From the NCBI RefSeq assembly GCF_964355755.1, contig NC_092674.1:12772001-12836000 (forward strand): a DNA stretch of 64,000 nucleotides. Direction: 5' to 3'. Below are positions 29,701 to 44,700 of this stretch, in pieces. The notes under the pieces are model-generated. The model was not told the DNA's origin. It saw nothing but the letters and a program-made list of their open reading frames with translations, and did no database searches. The translations under genes and the position numbers were made by a program. The stretch comes from Antedon mediterranea. Lineage: Eukaryota > Animalia > Echinodermata. Position 1 is the first letter of the stretch. Each line of letters starts with the position of its first letter.

Positions 29701-32700
29701 GGTAGTGCCAGTATACCGTGTAGTTTAGCCTCAAGGCAATACAATGTAGCTGGAGTAGCTTGGACAAATACAGTAGAGATTTATGAGACTTGGTGTGTGA
29801 TGATTCAGTATGATAAATTTGTGCTGTGAAAGACAAAATTGTAGAATTAGGAAGAAAATATTGTAAAATATAACAAGGAAATTATACTATAGTATAATTA
29901 AGGGGTAACCGTATAATACATAATTAATAGTAATAAAGGCAATGGCAATTACTTATATTATGTATACATTACAATATTACAAATAAATTCATATATTATT
30001 TTATTATGATAAGGAAATCTGTTTTAGAGTGAGAAAAAGCCGTCCCAACCCAGATTTGAACCCAGCTATCAATAAAGCTATAAAACAAAATAGACCATAT
30101 TGTAGCCGGACTGGGTAGCGTAGACTTACTTGAGGCCTAGGCATAGTACGATTAGCTAGAAGGATACAGGTCAACCCGTACCCATGCCATGCCAACAAGC
30201 TCGTACCCAAATTTTGGTTTACATATATCCAAAATTTTGGCTTACTCATACCCATCATGGGCTGCCTAGTAGTAGTAGTAGTAGCCTAGCCTAAGGCAGC
30301 AGGCCCGGCCCTAGCCTACTACAACTTAAGTCTAGGCCTAGCCTAGTACTAGTAGGCCTCTAGGCCTAGCCTAGGCCCTAGAAGTTAACATCATACATAC
30401 GCCCTAGAGCCTAGTAGTAGCTACCTACTACTCACTAGCTAGGCCTAGGTAGTAGCAGTAGTAGTTATTGTAGTAGTATTATTGTATTGTAGTATTAGTT
30501 GTAGCTGTCCGGTGATCCTAGGCTAGGCCTAGTACGTAGTTATTCTTCAACAGTCACACAATTCAGATTCTGCCGGCCGCTGATTGCTAGTGAACAGGGG
30601 GAGGGAGAGAAAGAGTTAGAAGAACTGAAATAAGCCGTGACGTATAATAAAAATCATACAAAATAATAATATAACTAACGAATCCGTATAATATAATAAT
30701 GTTGTATGTTATAAAGTAAAGTAAATGCGTTTAATATAATACAATTATATTATAATATAATGTATTTTATTAATAATATAATATTAAATGTTCATAATAT
30801 AATGCTAAAACCAAATAATATAATACAAAAAGTCAATAATTTGTTACATTTTTCACATAATATATTAGAAATAGATATAATATAATGCTAAAACCAAGTA
30901 ATATAATGCAAAACGTATAATTCATTACAATACAATATATAATATAATAAAAAAATGATATAATAATATAATATTTTGAATACTTCCGACAGCTGAGGCT
31001 TGCCATAGTAAGTGGTTTTCCATTCAAGTTTGTGTTATATTTAAGCTGGATATACCGACATTGTTTAAGATTAGTTGTCAGCTGATTTACACATGTTTAC
31101 AGCCTACCTGTTAGCTTACTTTGCTAAACTCACCTTTTAATATGTCAATTATCTCGGCTTTTTGACCTGTCCTTAATTCGTTGTCATATTTCTTACACGC
31201 ATTTTCATTGTACAAATCTATTACAGATTTGCCATACTGTGTAAATTAAAAATGAATATGTTATGTAAAAGAATACATTTTATGATTACATTATTAATCA
31301 AAATAGGAATCGAGTCATACTGATACTGATTCTAATGTATTCTAAAAAATAGAAGACCGCGTCCTGTAATAATGTCTGCACGTTTTGTTACATCTTCTAA
31401 TTTGGTATATAAATATAATTTTCAATCGATTATACAAATTATTATGACAATTTTTAATAGGGGCCTATTTTTATTGTTTTTATATTCTTAATTTATTTGC
31501 ATTAATTTATTACATTAGGCCTAATAATTAAAAAAAAAACTGTATACACAAATTAACAAAAACAAATTATCATTTTTAATTTAAATACTAATTACGTAAC
31601 CTAACTTTATTTAACATAAAACCAACCTTATCTTCTTTTGAAACGTAAGATTTACCGGAACATTCCTTCATTAGATACACAATGGTGGCTCTGTGTTCAA
31701 TGTACGTGCGATCTTGTGCGACACATACATGCAGAAGTGTGCGTTTATCCTAGTAAATAATAATACGGTATTTTGTATAAAATATAATTTCGATTTGTTA
31801 AATGTTAAAATGTTAAATGTATTATTACTGGTCCTCAAGTTTAACTGGAAACTAAGGAAATTCGGATTAGGCCCTTTACGGACCCACGGCAGCCAGCAGT
31901 GCAGCGCCTACCAGATCAGCACCCCGGGAGACGATCCCCTACTCTTTTCGAATAGTCTACCAAGTTCTTTAACGTGCACTGTTAAGTACAGGGGACCAAC
32001 GGCTTTACATCCCATCCGAAGGACGAGGCAATGAGAGTAAAACATCTTGCCTAAGGATGCAATTAGTATGGTACAAATAACCTCGAACCCATGCCTATCA
32101 CATGCTAGTCCGATAGTACCATTGCACCATCACTCTCTGGTGTATATACAGCACCCGCCGCTGTTTCGCAACCGGGCCCAATGTTGCTTAACTTCGGTGA
32201 TCTGACGAGAACCGGTGTTTCAACGTACTATGGCCGTATATCTTAACATATATATATGTTAATTATTGAAATAAGTAATTTGTATCTTCATCACATGAAT
32301 AACACACAATGACGTCAGATATTTGTCGTTTCGGTTGTGAACGCAGTGGGTTTTCAGCAGGAATTGAAAAGTGTAGATAGATCTTTCTATAGATATTTAT
32401 ATTCATAATGTTTACGTGATTAATGATGATGGATACGATTTATACATGGCTCCTATTGAGAAGACACGTGATGCTCTTGTACTGACATAGCGGTTTATAT
32501 ATAGTTGTGTTAACCACTAACGTAACACAAATCATCCACTAATGTAAAAGTAACCACTAACGTAACACAAATCAACCACTAACGTAACAACAGTTTAACC
32601 ACTAACGTAACCAAATTTAGCCACTAACTTAACAACAGTAGAGATGTTAAGAAATCTTAGACAATTTTTGTTTTGGAAGTTGGAAAGCTAGGACTCAAGT

Positions 32701-35700
32701 CCAGTCACGTTTGTCTGTACCTCAACTATCAATTTTTGGTTAAACAATGGTGTTAAATGTAACTAAATTTAATTTGTTTTCTGTCCTTCAAAACCTTTAG
32801 AAGTAAGGGACTTAATTTTAAGCTTGAAATGTAAATTCCAATCTTAAAACTTCAGCCTATTTTTCCTATTTTGAATCGTATGTTTGTCTGTGTGAGTGTC
32901 CGTCCGGCTATCAATATACTGTAACCGTAAGACACACTAGTTTCCGTATGAAAAGTTGGAGATACCTTATTGTGATGAAAGCCGTGGCATTTACATGCTT
33001 ATCTGTCTGTTTGTCTAACAATGCTCTTACTTTCAATGACGTGACACGATGTTCTCTTGTTCTGGTATACAAGTGTATGCTTTGATTATGCTTTTCTGTC
33101 AATTTAGTTATATTCAACAATACATTTTATATTAAATTACCAGTTTAAAGGCTAAAAATGATTAAATAATAATAACAAACAGAAGGATAATCATAGACAC
33201 GAAAGAGGTTCAATATCAATAAATTTGAGGAATTAAATCATGTTGAAAGTAACAACTTTGTCAGACATACATTTATTACAAAATAAGAATTTACTGATGT
33301 ACGGACACTAAGACAATTTTGTGAAGGAAAATCAGACTAAACTGTTTTATGTCCATAATATGTCTACTACTGTTGTTACGTTAGTGGTTAATCTTACATT
33401 AGTGGTTGATTTGTGTTACGTTAGTGGTTAAGGTTATATTAGTGGTTGATTGATACGTTGGTGGGTGGATACAGGACATAGATGGTCAACGTTTGCACAA
33501 TACACAGCCACACAGTGGTTTTTTTTGTGTACTAATACAAGTAGTAATGATAACACGTGCGATTCATCGTAATCGAAAAACATCGAAAAGTAGAATAATG
33601 TCAAACGGAGTCCATCACAAAATAAAAAGTTAATACAGATGATAACGAATGATTACGAAAACAGAAACCTCGAAAACAGCGACAAGAGACCCGAAACCCA
33701 GGGTCTCTGGTTTCGAGATTTGTTGAAAACATAGACCTCAACACAGTCTTCTCATTATTAGCCTATATAAGATTTTCAATATTTCCCGAATACAAAGACC
33801 CCCTTAAATTTTATCAATACTATGTTATAGGGGTATGTTGAACTCACAAATTACTCAAGGTACATACATTAAATTTTATATTCAATCTAATGAAGTTTTT
33901 GAAGTACCGATAACAGGACTTTATACCGATGACATTGTTAATTGATTCATTTCTTTACCTTTTATAAATTGTGGTACATCTTTCAGATCGAGAAAACTAT
34001 AAAGAAAGTCTATAGGCCTATACCCATTACGTAGAATTAGCGTTAAGTAATGACGGAAGAAACAACTTTTAATTCATTCGGTGTTTGTTAAAAAGAAAGA
34101 GGCAGACAGAGTTATAGAAAGAGAATCAATGAAACGCGCGTTTTTTAACGCGAATTCAAATGGCTTTTCCTTCTCTACAAATGACATCAGAGAGAATGCA
34201 GTGATTGTGTAAATATGAAATAGCTATAGCAACAGCAATACCTTGTTATTCATTTGATTTCACAACGATTAAAAACATAGTCCAACATCGTTACGGGCGT
34301 TCTTACAGTAAATATTTACTGGAAATAATATCGCGTTAGTCGATGTCTTCAGCCGTTTTTCATACAGTATTCCATAATTTTAGGATGAAGTTTGCTGTTA
34401 GAAAAGCGACACTGATGCAGCTGTTTATGGCATGATAGTTGAAGCACGTATTATATTAGGCATGATTTATAACTTTCGTTATTAACTTATTTTGTGTTAA
34501 CTTCAATGAAACATCTATGAGTCTTTTCAAGCTTCTCTTACATTCGTTGCAATAAACTTCTCACTTCGTGCATGCAATATTTAGATTTTATAGTTTAATA
34601 GACCGACTTCAGATTGATCTAGGTGCCACTCGGAAATGACATTAATGACACAATGTTTTCTTGGGTCCGTACATGTGTATGATCTGAAAGGTTACAGGTA
34701 AACGCACATGTTGGGGTGGTTAGGGTGATAATCTAAAATGGCCGCCAAAATAGTCAAATGTTAACAACAAATACATTGTTGTAAGTAAGTATTGTCTTGA
34801 AACAGAAATTAGACCATTAATATGATCACATAACCTCTGTGAACTATCATCACGCATATTTGTATAATGATACCATGCTTTAAATGTAGTATAGTGAACA
34901 CCATTTAGGCAAAATTAAATCGAAGTGGTTTGAAATGACACATATGACACTAAATATTATAGTCCGGTGGCAGGAGGTGGGGTATCACTACCCGAAAAGG
35001 GACAAATTGCCATCTAATTTTCTAGACCAGAATTTTCCATAGATTACGGATATGGAATGATCAGGAGAGGAAGCGTTTTCGAGATATAAGGGATAACATT
35101 TCAAAATTGACCAATTACATCAACGTATTATGTATATGTATTATAACAAATTTATTGAAGCACAATTTGGTCTTTTATTACATTTTTATGATTATAGGTG
35201 TCTTAAATATCTTTGTGATTAAGGGTCAAATGTCAATATTGACCTATCATTGGATGTTTTCTCATCCTGTTAATGTAATGTTAATGCACAAAGTAAAAGA
35301 GCGAATACATCATTTCATCAGCTGACATAAGGTCACTTTCATCAGTTGACATAAGGTCAAATGTCAACATTTTAAAATGAATATTAGTTACTTACCAAAT
35401 AAATGCAAAGTTTTCCAAACTATGATATCGATGGTTTTACAAGTAATCAAATTATTTGATCAGTAAAGTTATGTTATTTCATTATATTATGTTAATCAAT
35501 ATAATTATAATACTGTAATTAATCAAATCAGACATAAAATGTTACGCTGACCTTAAATAAAATAATGGTAAAAGCACAACATATAAAACTGTGAAAATTC
35601 ATTTTTCAAAGATTGGTCAGAACATGGTTGCAGGCCTGCAATATTCATTTTGAGGCAATAAACTTTCTGATTTGATCTGCTTCTTTATGTTGGCAATATA

Positions 35701-38700
35701 TAATGTTGGTTTTATTTGTCTAGGTACTCAGATAACTGAGAATACTTAATTATGTACTAGCAGTCTGTGCACCTTAACTGGTAAACAAAATACAATTCTG
35801 TGGTTTTTGTCTAGATTTGGTAGCTTTGTAAAATTGACGGATTAGTCTCCATTGGTTTTTCACAGGGATTACGGTCGAAGCGGCCGCCAACTAAAGCGGC
35901 CGCTAGTTCAATAACGGTAATCTGTATGGAACGCCGTGTGCGCTTTGATTGTCGTTGTTTTGTAATCTTTGATTGTCATTGTTTCGACAGGTTTTCTTTA
36001 CCTCGGACGTAAATAACAATCTACATTATTATGTAATTTATTCTCTTTTTTTTACAGATTGAATGTGATACGCGTACGTTCTTTTAAACGAAATGGCGAA
36101 TCGATGATTACTTATTTTAACTGTTCTAAATGATATACATATGTTTAATAAAGTCTATAAAATACATTGTGGTGTTTATATTGTATATGATTAATATTAA
36201 TATAATATAATAATAAGCCAATTATTAAGAATTATATATAAACTAGATGGTATGGTACGCTCGCTTCGCTCGCGTACCATCTAGGTCGTGCCCACAGATG
36301 GTTCTCGAATACACAGTAATTTCAGCGTAACAAAACTGGCGATTTCAAATGTACGTGCCGCAGGACTATTGTCGTTTACAGAAACGAATAAATAGACACG
36401 ATGATTTATGTAGTCAACTAAAATTAGCACCCCGGGAATTACTTCCGAAGGAGAAACTTATCACAAAATGAGTCCAAATTTTTGATTTGGACTCATTTAA
36501 AGAAACCCAATTTGTGTTTTGTATGGGTTTTTTTTATATTAGGGTTGAGGGATGGGAAAGCGGATAGGTACAAAGAGGAACAATTTTTAAATATATTCTT
36601 TATCCACTCAGTAACGAAATATTGTTTTCGTGTTTTATAGGCCTATAAATAATATACCTCTAAATACAGTAAAACATTTGCGATTTAATACTTTGTTAAA
36701 ACTGTCACTGTCATAATCGATTGAAATATTAAAGTACATGTCACGATACACCACTACGACGTTTATTTTATTGGTAATTATTAATTAATACAAACGTTGA
36801 GAAGGAACTGTCAGTATAAAGTTTATTTGTATATAATAATGTGTTTATATATCTAACAGTAGATCCTATCCACAATCTCAGTAATAAAGTTTATCTGTAT
36901 ATATTTTTACAGTACGAACATTCACAGTAAGAAATGTTCGATTCAAATGAGGACTAAAAATAGTTACAGTATTGTCAAAGTATTGCAAGTTTATTCTCAA
37001 AGGGCCCATATATTTACCTACCGTATTTGTTAAATCAAGGGCTCATAAATTTACCTACTTGTGCTAAACCAAACTCTGGCAGACTGAGAGATTAGGATGT
37101 TACATTCATCGCAAATCAATACATTTGTATAATCATATATTAAATCTATCAAAATAGTATTTTTTAAAGAAAATCGGCCTGTCTTCAACATTATGATGGT
37201 GTACTCTAGCTGTTCAACCGGTTTTCAGCTATTAAAAACAATTATCGTAGGAGGAGATACGAAAATGCGAAGCCTCCTCGCATTTTTGTGGCGGGTATTT
37301 TTCAAGATGGACATCCATTAGACAGTGTATACCACGATCGGAAAACACCCCGATTTGGGGCAAATCGTTGAACCTAAATTCATTTTAATCGTCAATAACT
37401 AATTATCTAACTTAATTTAATTAGTAAACAGGGTTACATCAGGTGGTTAAAATCAGTACCGAAAGTACGAACCAACTTTATATACCATCGAGTAAAAATT
37501 CTAGAAGTAAGGTGCGATTTACCGAATGTTGCCCTTACGTAAATTTATATATAGATAATGTATTCTATATTAAAAAATCGGAAAATGGTTTTTATAGAGC
37601 CCTGTAAAATTGTAGTAATGGGGCTATTTAAAATTTTGTCGTTTAAAATATTATTTATTATTCTTATAAAATGTATATACTTTATTTTAAAATTAAAGAT
37701 GTATTGTCTCCCAAAATCATGAAAAATAAAGATTTTTAAAATCGGACTTTGAATAGGCCATTATGCAGTTTTAATGAAGTTGTTCACTTCCATAAGAAAA
37801 AAGAACGGGGAAAAATTATTTCACCTATAAAAAGACAAAATAAACAGTTAAATTACCCAAAAACTCATTGGCTTCCAGACAATTTGACAATTTTTTGCTT
37901 TAAATTACATTTTTTTCAGGTAAATAATTTTTTTTCAGACCTAATTTTTTGTGAAAGTGAATAACTATTATGTGACATTAAAATAACATATTCAACAAAA
38001 AGATTAAAAAAAACATTTTTTCAGGGGACAATATATCTTTAAGATAATAATAGTCATTGCAGAAATAATGATGCTGAAAGCTGTCCGTTATTTGAAAAAA
38101 AAAACATTTAAAGAACTGACTACAAAAGATTGCTCACGTTAGTTTTATATCACAGGCGCCTTGAAATTGACCTTATGTCAACTGATGAAATGATGTATTC
38201 GCTCTTTTACATTGCGTATGATTGATTAACAGGATGAGAAAACATCCAATTTTTGTTAAATATTAGTTTTTATTTCGTTTTATAGGTACGTTTTATGATT
38301 GGTCAATATTGACAATTGACCCTTAATCAGGATTTTTTTTTTCATAAGGTGATTGTATAGACACCTATAATCATAAAAATGAAATATTGTGCTTAAAAAA
38401 ATTTGTTATAATACATATACATAATACATTGTTGTAATTGGTCAATTTATGGAAAATTCTAGTCTAGAAAAGTTGGATGGCAATTTGTCCCTTTTCGGGT
38501 GGTGATTCCCCCCTCCTGCCACCGGACTATTATTATATGAATGACTTACGGGGTTCAAATGATTTACGTCTGCTCCAACTTTGATGAGATACATACATGT
38601 ACGCACGTGACCCATAGCTGCAGCCATTATAAGAGGTGTATTCCCGTACTGAAAAAAAATGATAATAGTTTATACTTCATATAACATGTTGCTGATAAAA

Positions 38701-41700
38701 GATGCGATACTTGGAGTACTTTACAATTATAAACTACAAGTACAATGCATGATAGAAAACCTTCGTAGATAATTGACATGATGAGTATAGTTTTAGTCTT
38801 ATACTTTTGACTCTATTCTGGTTTTGCTATTCGTGTAACAGGAATACGGTAGTATATAAAAATAATTAAATAAATAAAACAAATTAAAATGTAAACTAAC
38901 CAACAAGAGATTAGAGAAAAAGTTTCTTCTATGTGTGAAAGGAATTATTATATATTTAGCTAGCTTCTAATTTTCTAATGCTGTATATGCCTCAGACAGA
39001 TTACCTTTCCTCTGGTGAAGGCAAGCACTACACGAGAGAAGCCCTAGATCAATGTTAGGACCAATCAACGTCGTATGCATAGTCTATTAAGGCCAACAAA
39101 ATGCTGTATAATCGGGAATTACCATCTTAGAAAGTATATTCATGACTAATGCCTCTATGTTAATATTTGAAGTAATCATCGGATATCGCAGGCGTAAACA
39201 CCTACATCGGATGTAGGCCTAGGTGTTTATACATGTGTTGGAAAATCAAATATTCTTCAAAAAAATTAAGAAAACAAATGGTAAATATTTAATTTTGTTA
39301 TTTTTTAATTAAGCCATTAAACAATACGAATTGTTCATTGTAATATGATATTTATCACCAAATATGCATGACTGCCTAGCTAGGCTTAGTCTCTAGGCAC
39401 AATGCATTCCATGATTTGTTTTAATACGAGAGGCATATGTTGTGTGCGAGACACGTGCGTTGCGTGAACGAAACCTGGTAATAGGCAAATTAGTACGTCA
39501 TCCGTTAACGTTTACGTGCTCCGGCGAAAGCTGCCTATTAATAATATTACACAAGAAAACAGAACTTCACTTAACAAACAAAAAGAAAATAAAACGAGTG
39601 ACGCTGCGCTTCAAATGGGAACGTATTCGGATCGGTCTAACTTGTTAAAGATCCACGTGACTCCCTTTGATTTGACGCTTGATGAAACCTTTGACAATAC
39701 AATAAGGGTTTACCCAACTGAGAAAACGTAAATATTAAGTGCCAAATCCTGTAACATGACCCCTTAAGAAAGGGTTAAAGGTCAATATTATGTCCCACTG
39801 AAATTAATTAACATAAAATGAGTTCACATATGAAACCAATTCTAAAATGTGTATTTGTTGAGTCTAATAAAAGATCCGTCATTCTTATGTGCCAACTCGT
39901 CCTGTACCTAGTACGCTTAAGAAAGCCATTAATTACCGATAATTAACATTTTAATTAGCATAATCGAGTACATCAATTGTAGAATATTCGGCAATACAAT
40001 AAGTGCGTTTACCCAACTGAGAAAACGTAATTCTTCAGTGCCAAATCCTGTACCATGACCCCTAAGGAAGGGTCAAAGGTCAGTTTCTGTTGCAAATAAA
40101 CTTGATTATGCATAATTAGTAGCCTACACTTGTAAAAAATTGTAAATATTTAATTTCAGTGTTTACCAACGATTTATCTTTCTTACATGGCAACTTCTTT
40201 CACTTAAGAAAGCTGCTAATTAGCATATTAATTAGCATGACTATATGCTATAAAAAATGGACAGTGGGACTGCTTTTGGCAATCCTGCGCTGAATGGAAA
40301 TTCCATCAGTTAAATTAAGTTGTTTTGAATTATTATTAATAACAGCCTCTCATCATGGAAACTCTATATATAAGAAAATGAGAACAAAGTGTGCCTTGAA
40401 ATCATATCTAGGTTATCTTCCTTCCTCCCCTCTAGTTTTCTCAGAACACATTATTCAATTCAATTCAATTTCTTCTTTTTTCCGAAAATATCATCCATAT
40501 TAATAAACTTATAAACAGGAAGAAAATTAAAAACTCTAAACTTAAGTATATAGAAAGCTTCTCCATCTACAATCCATTTTGGAGTTATGGATCATATGTT
40601 TGCAAACACAATAAACAAGGATGTTACCACTACTACTACTACTCATCCTTCCTTTTTTTAGCTCTCGTAATATAACATCGCCTATGACTGTACTTGACTC
40701 TACGTCAGGAATAGACAATGAGTCGCTTTGTACGAAGGTTGAGCTTTTTCATGATGTAACTGCTGTTGTCAGTATGCTGTTATTTACGTACATATAGAGC
40801 AACACCTTCCCCGTGATTATGTGTACATTTAATGAAGAAAGAACAATACTTAAAACTGTTACGTCAAAACGTCGAGCGGCGTTTATTGTATGTTACATTT
40901 CTTGTTTATGATGGTCACAACGTGCAAACAACCGGTCATAAGAAATAACATGGATTCTCTATTTTTGTTTTCCACTTACCGTTTACCGGTTACCGTTACC
41001 GCCAGTCCGTGTAAACTGTGCATATCTATATTATAAGTGAGAGAGTTTGTCTGTCTGTCTGTTTGTTTGTTTGTTCGTTATACAAATTTTTGTTACTGCA
41101 CGTAATCTTACATATGGGGTATCAAAATGACCGCAATTGTACCGGGAATGTTCTAAGCTATATTTCAACATCATCCGCCACCTAGGATCCATGTTAGGGA
41201 CCAAAATGTGGTCAAAACCCCCACTTTCGATGTTTGTTCGTTATACAAATTTCTGTTTCTGCACGTAACCATACGTATGGGGTATCAAAATGATGGCAAT
41301 TGTACCCGGAAGGTTTTAAACTACATTTAAAAAAAATTCCCCCGACTCCTGGGGTTTTTGTGGGAGGGGTGGGGGCGGGGGTGGTGTGGTGGTTTGTGAT
41401 GTCATTTTTTGCTAGGGCTCGGGGTTGTAGGCTATCGAATTGTAAAATTATACTACAAAAGTTTTACAGTATTTGAATTATCCTCAGCAAGGCGTTTGGG
41501 GAAATATAGATATAGATATAGATATTTTATTCATTAACCAATATGACACCTATTCAATTACACATTTAGCAAAGTACTTTAACCATATCCAGCTATGTAT
41601 CGGTCTCTTGGATTGTCTCATTACAGATATCCATACCTGTGTGAACATACACATGTTGTTTACTGTTACTGTGTTGAACTACATCACCAATCCTCCAAGG

Positions 41701-44700
41701 AAAAAACGTCAATTGTGGGAGAGTGGGATTGGGAGACAGGGTTTGGGAGTTTGGGTTCAGGGGATAGTGGAGATTTCGCTTACACCAGAATTGTGGTTGG
41801 AAAATGTATTTAATAATCCCTGGGAAGCGGATGGGAGTTTGGGGTGGGAATGTAGGCCTATCACCATGACCGAAACTGTATTTGGAATGTTTTAAACTAC
41901 ATTTGTTGGGAGTGATAACATAATTTGTACTGGAACCGGCTTCAACACATCACCCAGTGTAGGGGAGGAGGAGCAAAAATACTAGCGTAATGAAGTAGCC
42001 TATATGATTGTATTGTACTAGGAAAAGTTACTAAATTTGAACTGTCCAGGGGAGGAGTTAAGGTTTGTTGATGGTGGCTGGGGTGGTGAAAGGAGAAAGA
42101 AGGCTGGGGGACCGCAGTATCTAAATTACATATTTTAATTATCAGCCAATATGACACCTATTCATTTACACAATTTACAACGTACTTCAACCATTATTAG
42201 ACCCATCGTAGCTATGCATACTCCTCTCAATTCGAAGCTTAGGTTGAATTGAATTTGTCCATCACTGGGAAGAATTTGTTTTTAAGAAAGAGTCTGGGGT
42301 ATTATTGAAGAGGGGTGGAGGTTGGTGAGTATAGACAGATACTGTCGTCGGGTGTTATGTACTGAGAAGACTGTAAACTAATTTTGACACCCGCCCTGGG
42401 GCGGGTATAATTGCTAGTTAACTATAACACACTGCTTACTTAGTGTTAATTATATAATACTAGAGGGCGAGCTCGCTTCGCTCGCTCCCGCTCTAGGAAG
42501 TGTAGACGATGGTTCTCGGAATGATAATGACTGGTACTTTTTCTGTCGGTTACCATTATTGAAAAATGTTAACAATCGTAAACTAAACCTACTCTGTTTC
42601 ACAGTGTCTTAGATGATTAATAACATTTTAAAGTAGGCCTATAGTGTGTATATTGTTTGGTAGGGTCGAACAATTATTATTCAAAGTGATGTTTTATTGG
42701 GGAGGCGTTTATTAATATAAATGTCAAATGCTTGGTAAATTGTAGACAACAGTGCGATGAGTTCTACTACAAATAGTATCATTGTGTTACTATAAATATA
42801 ATACAATATTGTGTGTATAATTGTGGATGGGCGTTTAGTAGATAGTTGGGTTTGGGGTGGGGGGGGGGGAGTGATTATTATTCAAAGTGATGTTTTTTTT
42901 GGGGAGGCGTTTATTAAAATAAATGTCATCCTAATAATGAATACATTATTTAATTTAAACATTATTTGAAACTAACTTCCGCGGCAAGAAGAGTACGTTT
43001 TAGACGGCTTGCAACATGGGCAGACATCCCGGTCCTAACAAGACACAGATAGCCTACAGTTATTCCTGCCAGCTTACTCAATAAAACTCGGCTATCGGGA
43101 TTTCACTCGATTTTAAACAAAATGTCTTATCATCAGATCTTCCTATGTAATTTTATAATACTATTCCCCACAATATATTTCGATGCTTTATGGCGTATAT
43201 TTAATTTGATCTTTATTAATATGCAGTATAATGTTTTATGTTTTAACACACGCGCAGTCCGATCCGAAAATAAACAAAAAAACTAAAATGGCTATATAGT
43301 ATGGGCGGCCATTAGGGCCATAATAGTAAAAAATTAAAACAAAGAACTATGTCAAAAAACAAAAATCAACGAACAAACTAAAAAAACAACGAACGTTTTC
43401 AAAAATCAACGAACAAACTAAAAAAACTACAAAGGAAAATAAAAATCAACGAACAAAATATATGTTGGAAGAATTTCATCTGGTTGTAGAATAGGTATTG
43501 AATAAAATTTCTTTTTGAACAACCAAAAATTAATGAACAAAATATAGAAAATAAAGAACTAAAACCTATTCTAATAATACTCAAGTTAAACCAAAAAGAA
43601 TAACCAAAAACAACGGACAAATTGGGAAATCGAATGACAAGTCGAACAATCAAAGGACAAGCTCAACAATCAAAGGACGTTTTGAAAAAAATACTAACTA
43701 ATTTTCGACGTTTGAGGGCAGTACTCATGACGACACGCCATATATAAAAAGTTATGACTTTGAATGGATTAGAGGCCATTTATGTGTCCATAATCTACAT
43801 ATTATGTAGATTCATGTTTGCAGTAACTTTATTTTAATTATTATTTTAACAAAAACCTACGAGGGCCCTGAATGATCAGTTCTTTTTAGGAACTGGATAG
43901 GCTACCCTCAGTAAATATGGTAATAAATAAATAAATAAATAAAAAAGCCTAAAGCTTGGTTCCCACTAGCGACGCAACGTAACGCAACCTACGCAATGTA
44001 AGAAAATGCCCTTCTAATAATTATGTTTGTTCCCGCCTGCGTGAATTCAAACGTGCGATTTTGCAGCACTGTTGCGTCGTCGCTTCCCACTTGTGATTAC
44101 GCAATACAGCACTTTGCGTGAATACATCGCTGCGTTGCGTTCTAGTGGGAACCACGCTTTATTACATTTATTATATCACGTACGTACATAATAATAATAA
44201 TAATATGTACGTGTTATTTAATACGTACGTACGTGTTATTTAATACGTACGTACGTGTTAATATTACGTACATATTATTATTATTATGTACGTACGTGAT
44301 ATTTAATTTTACCTACGTACGTAATACTAATAGTTAAGCGTGGTTCCCACTAGCGACGCAACACAATGACGTAACACAACGCAAGTGAATTGACCAATCA
44401 CAAGCGATGGCTTATTCGCTTGTGATTGCTAACTGTCTATAACATCTCTTGTCATTGGTTAAAATGCTTGCGTTACGTTTACGTCCTCGCGTTATGTTCT
44501 AGTGCGAACCAAGCTGTAAGTGTGATTGGTCAATTCACTTGCGCTGCGTTACGTCCTTGTGTTGCGTCGCTAGTGGTAACCACGCTGTAGAGACGGTTTC
44601 AATAATATATGGCTTGTGATTGGTCAAATTACTTGCGTTGAACTTACGTCCTTGCGTTTCGTCCTAGTGGGAATGATGCTTAAGCGTGGTTCGCACGCAA

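Noticed and set aside
24649-30258. Duplicated 84-121-aa ORFs on opposite strands as real protein genes
   Set aside because: They are mirror images produced by the palindrome, with no domain-like features, and one is broken by an arm-specific indel.
23895-31007. Palindrome as an assembly foldback artefact
   Set aside because: The arms differ by indels and substitutions, there is a unique spacer and a flanking direct repeat, and the gene continues in phase on both sides. Long reads should still confirm it.
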